A DNA stretch of 64,000 bases from NCBI GenBank assembly GCA_018663245.1, contig JABJEI010000029.1, positions 12,821-76,820 of the forward strand, given 5' to 3'. Position 1 is the stretch's first letter. Each line of letters opens with the position of its first letter. This DNA is from a bacterium (GTDB taxonomy: Bacteria > Babelota > Babeliae > Babelales > JABJEI01). The position numbers and the translations under genes were made by a program. The notes under the pieces were generated by a model. It did no database searches and had not been told where the DNA came from. It worked only from the letters and a program-made list of their open reading frames with translations. Below are positions 56,574 to 64,000 of the stretch, piece after piece.

Positions 56574-57683
56574 TTACTCTTCCCCCGAATCCATATCTTT
56601 TTCGTCATCATTCAGGCCAATGTCCTCTTCGGACAGTATAGCTTCTGCATGCTGACGATCAACATCGCCGTCTCGAACAAGATGAATCTTATGTCCAACA
56701 AGTTCTGAGGCCAGTCCAATGTTTTTACCCATCTTACCGATTGCAATTGAATGTTGCTCTTCATCGACCCAAACATTAATGTTCTGGTCATCAACAATCT
56801 CAACACGCTCAACGTGCGCAGGCTTCATCGCCCCACGAACGAGAACTTCCAAAGATTCTGACCACGAAATAACATCAACACGCTCATCACCTAATTCTTT
56901 GAGGATAGGCTTGATACGCGACCCATGAACACCAACACAGGTGCCTACAGGGTCAATGTTATCATCGTTTGAAGCAACAAGTACTTTTGATTTGTAGCCT
57001 GGAGACCGAACGATTTTTTTAATTTCGACGATTCTCTCATAAACTTCTGGTATTTCCAGCTCAAACAATAACTCTAGGAATCTAGGCGAAACACGGTCAA
57101 GAATCAACTGATTCTCGCTTACCGGCTCCTCAAGAACCTCTTTTAGCAAGGCGCGAACAGTATAACCTGCAACACAACGCTCACCAGCAGGAGTCAAAGA
57201 CTTGGGCAGGAATGCAAAGGTGTCGTTAACCACAATCGTAACACCGCTACGCTCACACTTGTGAACAACGCCGTTAATGATTGTGCCTTCTTTTTCTTTG
57301 AATTCTTTGTAAACCGCAGCAGCTTCAACCGCTCGGATTTCTTGTGATATAATTTGCTTGGCTCGTAAAATCTCAATGCGGCCAATTGTTCCTTCAAACG
57401 GAACATTGATGATATCACCAATTTGGGCATCTTTTTTGAATTCACGGGCTTTACGAAGATTCATTTGAATCAGGCTGTCTTCAACCGCAGAAACGGTCTC
57501 TTTATCGACAAACACATCAATATCGTCTGTTTTTTTGTTGTAAGCAGCCGTTAGAGGTATTTCTGGATAGCGTTTGCTATACGCTCCAAGCATACCCTGG
57601 CATATAATATCGGCAACGACGGATCGGTCTAAGCCGCGATCCTGAACAAGTTCGTCTATGACTTGAAAAAGCTTCAACCGCAT
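56574..57683 (-). CDS. nusA: Transcription termination/antitermination factor NusA
   Basis: N-terminal domain, S1 and KH domains (GxxG: IGKMGKNI). Canonical position upstream of infB. Confidence 0.95.
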   Translation of the reverse strand: MRLKLFQVIDELVQDRGLDRSVVADIICQGMLGAYSKRYPEIPLTAAYNKKTDDIDVFVDKETVSAVEDSLIQMNLRKAREFKKDAQIGDIINVPFEGTIGRIEILRAKQIISQEIRAVEAAAVYKEFKEKEGTIINGVVHKCERSGVTIVVNDTFAFLPKSLTPAGERCVAGYTVRALLKEVLEEPVSENQLILDRVSPRFLELLFELEIPEVYERIVEIKKIVRSPGYKSKVLVASNDDNIDPVGTCVGVHGSRIKPILKELGDERVDVISWSESLEVLVRGAMKPAHVERVEIVDDQNINVWVDEEQHSIAIGKMGKNIGLASELVGHKIHLVRDGDVDRQHAEAILSEEDIGLNDDEKDMDSGEE

Positions 57684-57875
57684 CCCTTGAGTTGGTTAAA
57701 GAAAAAGTTTTGAAAACGCAATGTAAGGCTAAGTTTACCAAAAACAGAAAAAATAAAAAGCTTTGCCATTCGCCGCCCTTGATGTAGTAGGAATACAATG
57801 TGTAACAATGGTACCTCTTATTATTATTTATTAACTTACTTATTATAAGTAGTAGTAACAGGCATACCCCCTTTT

Positions 57876-58181
57876 GGTGGATAACTCACTACCCTAATCA
57901 CAAAAGATCCCATGTATCCACAATTTAAGTTTTTTTAGGTGGTGGATAACTTGGTGGATAACTTGGTGGATAACTCAAGGCCGAATGTGGATAACTTATT
58001 ATCACCTATCGGATAGCCCCTGTAGGAGCACAAAACCAGTGTCGCACTCTGTGTCGCTTTTCGTTATCAGCCTGTCAGAGCAGCTATTGAGGGGGGTCTG
58101 TTTTTCAAAATGCCGAGTTATCCACATTCACCTATGAGTTATCCACCACTTATCCACCACTTATCCACCAAGTTATCCACC
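57876..58181. promoter_or_regulatory. Cluster of 11 DnaA boxes in two inverted arrays: candidate oriC (or another DnaA-binding locus)
   Basis: Boxes in TGTGGATAA orientation: 57876-57884, 57941-57949, 57953-57961, 57965-57973 (all gGTGGATAA) and 57986-57994 (perfect). Boxes in TTATCCACA orientation: 57914-57922 (gTATCCACA), 58118-58126 (perfect), and 58139-58147, 58150-58158, 58161-58169, 58173-58181 (all TTATCCACc). Spacing within the arrays is 11-12 bp. An AT-rich tract at about 57815-57860 contains TAAGTAGTAGTAA. Confidence 0.7.
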
Positions 58182-58205
58182 ACCCTTTTTTGGCCGATGA
58201 GGCTA

Positions 58206-58784
58206 TTATGAATTCTTTGACAGGTCGAAAGCCTGTTTTAGGTCGAGGATCCACATATCGCGCATTTTAGAGTTGCGCAAGATGTATGCTGGGTGGAACA
58301 CTGGCTTAACGCTCAGGCCGTTTTTGTTGATGATTTTTTTTCGTGCGTCGGTCATTCGTATAAGTTTTTCTTCAAGAATCACTTTTGTGGCACAGCTGCC
58401 AAGGGAGCAGATCACTTTTGGCTGTATAATATCCAGCTCGCGCTTTAAGATAAGCTTTGTGCAGGGACTGATTTCGCCTTTGTTTGGGAGTCGATTGTTT
58501 GGCGGCCTGCATTTAACCACATTTGTTATGTAATAATCTTCTGGCTTTAAGCCTATTTTAGCAATTGTTTTGCGTAGTAGTTGACCAGATCGGCCTATGA
58601 ATGGGCGTCCAACTTTATCTTCTTCCCGGCCAGGGCCTTCACCCAAAAATAAAAGTGGCGCGTTTGGGTTGCCTTCTCCAAAAACAACTTGCTGGCGACC
58701 AAGGCTGGCTAGTGGGCAATGTTTGCAGGCTTTATAGAGATTGTGTAGGGCTTCAAGCTGTTCATTTTTGTTGGTGTTTGTCAT
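58206..58784 (-). CDS. Family 4 uracil-DNA glycosylase
   Basis: [36 protein letters not shown], and the C-terminal HPAYILR motif. Confidence 0.88.
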   Translation of the reverse strand: MTNTNKNEQLEALHNLYKACKHCPLASLGRQQVVFGEGNPNAPLLFLGEGPGREEDKVGRPFIGRSGQLLRKTIAKIGLKPEDYYITNVVKCRPPNNRLPNKGEISPCTKLILKRELDIIQPKVICSLGSCATKVILEEKLIRMTDARKKIINKNGLSVKPVFHPAYILRNSKMRDMWILDLKQAFDLSKNS

Positions 58785-58856
58785 GAATTTGACCCCGGTA
58801 AGGTACTGTTATTGTTGATTGAGTGTAGCACCGGGGCCAGTTTTTATCGATTGGTC

Positions 58857-60296
58857 TTATCGAGACAAGATGTAGGTCATGATCATTTTAAGCCAATTCA
58901 TCTCTATAGCAGGTTCATTTTTCCTGTAGGATGGGTGCAATCGTGATGGAAGATATATAGAAATGCCGCGAGCACGTCTTAGATTGTGTCCTGCAACGTT
59001 GGCTGTAACTATTTTAAGGATTAACTCTTTACCGGCTTTTAGTTGTTTTGTAAGTTCGGCCACGATGGTTTTTTGCAATGTTATGTCATGCAGTCGTATG
59101 GTATGTAGCCGTTTTTCAAGGTTTTGATAAAAATCGTATAAATCGATGTAGGTTGGTTCGTCGAAGCAGGTGCAGTGGCGTGGAGACTTGCAGTAGGTGA
59201 TCATCTTGCGCACGCTTTTGCTTGATTGGTTGTCGATTGCCTCTATTAAGAGCATGGCAACTGAGCTAATATTGTCTTCGAGTTCTCCAAAGTGCTCTAG
59301 ATCAAGGGCTGCGAGTGTGTAGTCGTTGGTTATTTTACCGTATGACTGCTCGTAAGCGTAGACCATGTGCTTTGCTAGCTCTTCAGGTGTTGTTTCTGCT
59401 TGAGCTAGTGGAAGTAGTACACGTGCATAGTTGAAGCCAGTGCCAAGTTCAACCTCTTGAGAGGCGACCATGTATTTTGCGTGTTTGCTTGCTATTGAGC
59501 CGATTTCGGCCATAGACATTAAGCAGGCGTCAAACGATAAAATATCGAGTTTTTCATTGTTTAGGCACTTTTCTTGTATAGTTGCCAAGGCATAACCCAG
59601 CCCTTTGTTGTCGATGTAGTTACCTGTGCTTTGGTCAAAGCAAATGCCGCGTGTTTGTGGTTTTGCATCTAAAACTACATTTTTGTCCGGGGCAGCTGAA
59701 CTCTCAACAAAGTCCATAAAACTAATGGATCGATCTAGTTCGATTAGGTCTCGCTGCTTGTTGTAGGTAAAAAGGTGTGAAGGATTAATTGCTCGTGCAA
59801 TCATTGGGTCGATAGCGCCTGTTCCGTGGTTCCACATAATGACTGCGTAGTGCTGGGCTGGGAAGCGTTTAATGCTCCAGTCGCAAAAATCAACAAGTGT
59901 ATCAGGATCTCCGCTGTCCATGGCCTGTTCGGGGCTGAACAGAAGCTCTCGAGAGTGGTGTTGTATTTTGTATCGCTGTGTTACCTTGCCACGACCGTAT
60001 CGGTTAGTGTCTAGCTGAACAATTATATTTAAGTTTTCGTTTGAGCCGATTGCCTCCATCTGCTTCATATTACGTCCAGCAAAGCTAAACAGGTCGTTAT
60101 CTGCCGAGATGTAAATCATGACCGTCCAGTTGGCAATTTTTTGCTCTTGCGCTGGTTGTTTGCTTGATAATACTGCTTGTAGATCTACCTGATCTTGAGC
60201 GTTTTGTGTGAGAATGACTGGGTTTTGTTGTTGTGCTTGGATATTGAATAGCGCTGTGCACAACAGCGCCATCGATAGGCAATGTGCCTGCTTCAT
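58857..60296 (-). CDS. Secreted clostripain-family (C11) cysteine peptidase
   Basis: Signal peptide, WTVMIYISADNDL, catalytic His VIMWNHGTG, catalytic Cys ILSFDACLMS. Confidence 0.8.
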   Translation of the reverse strand: MKQAHCLSMALLCTALFNIQAQQQNPVILTQNAQDQVDLQAVLSSKQPAQEQKIANWTVMIYISADNDLFSFAGRNMKQMEAIGSNENLNIIVQLDTNRYGRGKVTQRYKIQHHSRELLFSPEQAMDSGDPDTLVDFCDWSIKRFPAQHYAVIMWNHGTGAIDPMIARAINPSHLFTYNKQRDLIELDRSISFMDFVESSAAPDKNVVLDAKPQTRGICFDQSTGNYIDNKGLGYALATIQEKCLNNEKLDILSFDACLMSMAEIGSIASKHAKYMVASQEVELGTGFNYARVLLPLAQAETTPEELAKHMVYAYEQSYGKITNDYTLAALDLEHFGELEDNISSVAMLLIEAIDNQSSKSVRKMITYCKSPRHCTCFDEPTYIDLYDFYQNLEKRLHTIRLHDITLQKTIVAELTKQLKAGKELILKIVTANVAGHNLRRARGISIYLPSRLHPSYRKNEPAIEMNWLKMIMTYILSR

Positions 60297-60385
60297 TATC
60301 TTCTCCCCCTAGAAAAGAATCGTTCGTGTGTCCCTGATTTTCACCTTATCATGCATAGTGCGTATGAGTGCAAGAGTAGGCGCCT

Positions 60386-61378
60386 TTAGGGGGTTTTTCG
60401 GTGTGCTGAACGCTGGGCTTGGTAAAACCAGATCAGTGCACCAGTAAGGGCAAAGCTAAGTTGGAAGTCGAGAAAAAATATTGCAGTTGGGTTGACTGTC
60501 GCAGTTATGGCAAAAACGAGAATCCAGAGGTGTAGGCCATGTACTGGCAGGGTTAGTAGGTTGCATAGTTTGTAGAGTACAAATGTCATCAAGGCTCGCG
60601 AGAATGAGATGCTGGTCCAGCTGATAGCCCAGTAGGCTAGGCAAAGCATGATTAAGATCGTTTGTTTGGTTTTGAAGCTACAGGGAACAAATCCTAGCAT
60701 TGTGGTCCACAGGAAGATAAAGATCATAAGATGCAGCCCGGAACGGGCAAGCTGGTGTGCTAGTCCCCATGCGTTCCATTGGTCCCGTAAAGCGCTCATT
60801 TCTTCTTTTACAAAGCGTTTATTGCCCAAGAAAATAGAAGTAACGAGTGCGAATGTTTGAGGGCTAAGCGATTTTTTGAGTTTGACTAAAAGCTTCTCTC
60901 TTTGGTGCACAAGTGCTCGTCGAAGGCTCCAAATTGGTCGAGATGTTCGCTTGTAGTCTGGGCGCGGTGTGAACAGAGTTGCGATTGTCCCTTCTTTGAT
61001 CATGTACTCAATGAACGCCCTGTCCTTTGGCTTGCGAAGCTGCACGTTCTTGAGCTCGATGGTGTCGCCAACACGCATCCACCAATCATTTGTGTAGAGC
61101 GATATGGCGCAGTTGTAGGGGGTTGTGTTGATTTGTGATGTTCGCAGAAGAATCTGTTTTTTAAAGCGTTGATTTGTGATGTTTGTGACATCTTTTACTG
61201 TTGCGGTAATAAAGAGTTTTTGACCCTCAAATTGTTGATACAGATTATCAAACGCTTGGTGCTGTGCGTGGTAGTTGTAAAGCCCTACTCCAAGCGCTGT
61301 GAATGCAGCTATAATCCAGAATGTGGCATGTGTGCGATGGCCAGAAAAAATATGTGTAAGCGGTTTTGTGGTAAACAC
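60386..61378 (-). CDS. Short ComEC/Rec2-family membrane protein (DUF4131 plus a partial competence domain)
   Basis: An N-terminal TM followed by an OB-like region (DUF4131 layout), then GLAHQLARSGLHLMIFIFLW, which is typical of the ComEC competence domain. At 330 aa it is much shorter than canonical ComEC. Confidence 0.6.
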   Translation of the reverse strand: MFTTKPLTHIFSGHRTHATFWIIAAFTALGVGLYNYHAQHQAFDNLYQQFEGQKLFITATVKDVTNITNQRFKKQILLRTSQINTTPYNCAISLYTNDWWMRVGDTIELKNVQLRKPKDRAFIEYMIKEGTIATLFTPRPDYKRTSRPIWSLRRALVHQREKLLVKLKKSLSPQTFALVTSIFLGNKRFVKEEMSALRDQWNAWGLAHQLARSGLHLMIFIFLWTTMLGFVPCSFKTKQTILIMLCLAYWAISWTSISFSRALMTFVLYKLCNLLTLPVHGLHLWILVFAITATVNPTAIFFLDFQLSFALTGALIWFYQAQRSAHRKTP

Positions 61379-61462
61379 GTCAGAGGCAATTTGTTGTGGG
61401 CTGGTAGGGGCAATTTGTCTATATCACTTTATCATGGTTGTTTGTTTTGTCATCTTGGCTGC

Positions 61463-61505
61463 AAAAAAGAAGGCCGCGATTTTTTACGCCACGGCCCTTT
61501 TTTTG
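61463..61505 (-). terminator. Terminator downstream of 61507..63177
   Basis: gcaaaaaagaaggccgcg...ccacggccc with an A-run and a T-run on either side; homologous to the hairpin at 63268-63306. The stem is imperfect. Confidence 0.45.
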
Positions 61506-61506
61506 T

Positions 61507-63177
61507 TTATATGTTGTGGCCTAAGTCTTGCCAGTGCAAATCAAGCTCATCTACTGTTGCTTTATTAAGTTCATTGAGCTGATTTTTTTCATGATCGGCA
61601 AGTATTTTTAGAAGGGCCAGTTTTTTACTTTTGTTTATTCTAGAGTCAATCAAATCTTGGGGAGACTTTTCGTCCTCGTTTGCGATCGAAAGACTTGCTC
61701 CGTTTTGAATTAAAAACTTGATAATCTCTAGTCTTTTGGCCCAGTCTTTGTTACCTGATAGCGCATGATGAAGTGCCGTATCACCGTAACGGTCTTGCAT
61801 GTTAAAATCAGCGCGTCTATCGGCCAAGAGTTTGAGGCTGTCTAGGTCCAAATTTTTGGTAGCAAGGTGTGTAAGGCTATCTTTATCTTTTTTGGAGTAA
61901 CCGAATTGCTGATCTACGTTTTTAACGTATGGGATTACATGCTTTAGCATTCCCTTTGAGGTTATTACATCTATTAGTTGGCCGTATTTTCCTACATTTA
62001 ACTTAAGAATGTCGTCTTCATTTTTGATAAGTTCGATAAGTTTTTTTGTGTTGCCTTCGTAAATGGCCTTTAAGTGCGGTGAAGGGTAGCTGTACAAAGG
62101 CTCGCGTCTGTCGCTTTTTAAGATTGGCTCCCACCTTACGATGGTCTTTTTCCAACCAGGATAGTTTTTGATTAGCCATTGGAATAGCGATACGTCTCCA
62201 TAAAACGAGTCGCCTGGTTTTGTGTCCCAATATCCGCTGACGGGTAAGTTGATTTCTTGTGTTCTGAACGTCCGATAGCCTTTAAGTTTTTTAAATGTAG
62301 CGATAGGATGTGATACGGTATTTGCAAGTTTAAGATCCAGGGTGCTTGCGTACTCCATTGGCAGATTGAGGCTTGCATCGTCTGGTCTTCTGAGTAGAAA
62401 TTCGTATGGCAAGCGATTGTCTCCCCATGCGCCTATTAAAAATGGAGCCTTAGTGTTTAGAAGGAAGTCGATTATTGCCCTATTCCCTTCTATTCGATAC
62501 AAGTCATCTGCGCTAACGTTATCATCAATTACTGCGAAGTATTGCATTAGCATTAGGCCGCTTTTTGGGCGAAGTAGATTGTAGGCTTGTGCAAAAGTAC
62601 CAACGGGGTCATTGAGGTGAATAAAGCAATATTGTGAAACAATAAGGTCAAATTGTGGATTTTCTTCAAAATTGTCAGGGTCTTGTTTATAAAGAAACCG
62701 TCCTAAGCTTAAGTCCAGATCTTCAACTTTAAAATTGGCAATATTATATTTTTTACAGATCCCAGCTTCTTCTATTTCTGTCACGTACTTCTCTCCAACT
62801 ACACTTACAATATTGACGGTAATATCGCTAGGTAGCTCACCCTTATCTGCAAGCTCGTTCAGCTTTTCAAATAAAGTATTTCCCCACTGGAAGTGCCCTG
62901 CGCCCAAGTCGAGGATATAGAAAATCTTTTGATTTTTTGGTGCGGTCTTAATAATTGTTTTTGCAAGGTCGGTAGTATTGATTTGCATGATGCTGTAAGA
63001 CGATTGGCCGTCAAAGTTCCAACGACTGAATTTGCCTAGAGATTCAAAGTTATCATTAATAGAGAATTGTAAATTGTCGGGTCTATTTTTTGGGTTAAGT
63101 TTAGCGAGTGCACTTGAGGTAACTAGTGCAAGGGCAAGTAAGCAGGCTACTTTGAGCTGTTTGATCAATTTATTCAT
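61507..63177 (-). CDS. Secreted class I SAM-methyltransferase-like domain fused to C-terminal ankyrin repeats
   Basis: Signal peptide LLALALVTSSALA. Motif I YILDLGAGHFQWG, FDLIVSQYCFIHL, LLRPKSGLML. The C-terminal ANK reads YGDTALHHALSGN...IKFLIQNGASLSIANEDEKSPQDL. Confidence 0.65.
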   Translation of the reverse strand: MNKLIKQLKVACLLALALVTSSALAKLNPKNRPDNLQFSINDNFESLGKFSRWNFDGQSSYSIMQINTTDLAKTIIKTAPKNQKIFYILDLGAGHFQWGNTLFEKLNELADKGELPSDITVNIVSVVGEKYVTEIEEAGICKKYNIANFKVEDLDLSLGRFLYKQDPDNFEENPQFDLIVSQYCFIHLNDPVGTFAQAYNLLRPKSGLMLMQYFAVIDDNVSADDLYRIEGNRAIIDFLLNTKAPFLIGAWGDNRLPYEFLLRRPDDASLNLPMEYASTLDLKLANTVSHPIATFKKLKGYRTFRTQEINLPVSGYWDTKPGDSFYGDVSLFQWLIKNYPGWKKTIVRWEPILKSDRREPLYSYPSPHLKAIYEGNTKKLIELIKNEDDILKLNVGKYGQLIDVITSKGMLKHVIPYVKNVDQQFGYSKKDKDSLTHLATKNLDLDSLKLLADRRADFNMQDRYGDTALHHALSGNKDWAKRLEIIKFLIQNGASLSIANEDEKSPQDLIDSRINKSKKLALLKILADHEKNQLNELNKATVDELDLHWQDLGHNI

Positions 63178-63267
63178 TATTCTCTCTCCTGAAAAGTATT
63201 TTTATCTATTACTAATAGTATAAAACATGCATCGGAGAAGTTTCAAGAGTTTTGTGATACTAGTTGC

Positions 63268-63306
63268 AAAAAAGAAGGCCGCGGTTTTGTGGACCACGGC
63301 CTTCTT
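63268..63306 (-). terminator. Rho-independent terminator of 63329..63985
   Basis: aagaaggccgcgg (63272-63284) / ccacggccttctt (63294-63306), 12 of 13 bp paired. On the minus strand it is followed by TTTTTT. Confidence 0.7.
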
Positions 63307-63328
63307 ATAGTTTGTTATTAATTTTGGC

Positions 63329-63985
63329 TTAGTTAAGCAGGTTGCTTGACCCGATGTTGCTAGACTTAAAGTGTTCAACTAGCTCTTGTGCGGTGATGTT
63401 TTTTCTAGAATCAATCATGCTTTGCTGTTGACTTAATACATTTTGAACGCCGTTAGCTTCAATTTTCTTGTAAGCGCTGTAGTTGCCGAAGACATCTTGT
63501 CCTTTGTTGATGTTTAGGACCTTTACGTCTGTCTTGTTGTTGGCCTGACTACCGTCGACTTTTATTTTAGCATCTATTCTTGGAGAAATAACAGGAGCAA
63601 TGGTATTAACTACCTGCGACCTGAAGAAGCTGATAAACATTAGTAAAGTTGTTCCATCTTTAGCAAATGATAAAGCACTGTTTAAGAGTGATTTGCCCTT
63701 TGAGGCTCGTTTTTTGCGCATTAAGAAATACATTGCCATTACGGTAGGGGCTGTTATAGCCACAGACATAGCGAGTTCTTTTTTAGAGGGCAGGTATTTT
63801 CTTGAGGATAGAATTTTGCTTGCATAAAGAATTAGTCCAAATTTTTGATGTTTCTTTACAAAAGAATCCAAAAAGCTTTGTTTTGGTTTTTTATCGTTAG
63901 TGGCGTTAATAACAGGTGAAACACCCATTGTTAATCCAAGGGTAAGCATTGCGATCCGTAAGACCTTTTTTATTTGTGTGTTCAT
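63329..63985 (-). CDS. Hypothetical exported/membrane protein
   Basis: Signal-like N-terminus LRIAMLTLGLTMGVSPVINA and internal hydrophobic helices; no recognisable motif. Confidence 0.45.
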   Translation of the reverse strand: MNTQIKKVLRIAMLTLGLTMGVSPVINATNDKKPKQSFLDSFVKKHQKFGLILYASKILSSRKYLPSKKELAMSVAITAPTVMAMYFLMRKKRASKGKSLLNSALSFAKDGTTLLMFISFFRSQVVNTIAPVISPRIDAKIKVDGSQANNKTDVKVLNINKGQDVFGNYSAYKKIEANGVQNVLSQQQSMIDSRKNITAQELVEHFKSSNIGSSNLLN

Positions 63986-64000
63986 AAGAAAATAACCTCC

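Noticed and set aside
1-64000. A search by eye for rRNA, tRNA, CRISPR arrays, IS elements, integrases or phage genes, including the region around ssrA (a common island integration site).
   Set aside because: No cloverleaf-like sequences turned up in the spacers. There are no regularly spaced direct repeats, no transposase, integrase or phage-type ORFs, and no duplicated ssrA 3' segment that would mark an att site.

Overview
This is a 64-kb chromosomal window from a bacterium that looks AT-rich by eye and is probably diderm (it encodes a Skp-like chaperone and SecF). Ordinary housekeeping genes are present: deaD, nrdDG, alaS, pth, ssrA-smpB, tsaD, rho, secF, rpmA, thyX, polA, selU, priA and nusA-infB. 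They are interleaved with a dense set of eukaryote-like proteins that carry signal peptides. These include a RING-H2 finger, a USP-type deubiquitinase, three cPLA2/lysophospholipase-like enzymes, two ankyrin proteins (one fused to a class I methyltransferase), a clostripain-type C11 peptidase and a chagasin-like peptidase inhibitor. This content suggests a host-cell or protist-associated lifestyle, but that is inference and the lineage cannot be fixed from this window. Three things stand out. (1) At 40.6-51.0 kb there is a tandem array of four giant secreted paralogs with no family I can name. All four conserve a hydrophobic-strand-GHG motif followed about 82-88 aa later by hydrophobic-strand-SCFSGG, which is the His-then-Cys dyad layout of clan CD (caspase/legumain-like) peptidases. 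Three of them also have NLS-like and SPxK-containing basic tails. (2) At 57.88-58.18 kb there are 11 DnaA boxes in two inverted, helically phased arrays next to an AT-rich tract, with no dnaA gene nearby; this is a candidate oriC. (3) A perfect 47-bp tandem duplication interrupts the signal peptide of an ankyrin gene. I saw no rRNA, tRNA, CRISPR, transposase, integrase or phage genes.
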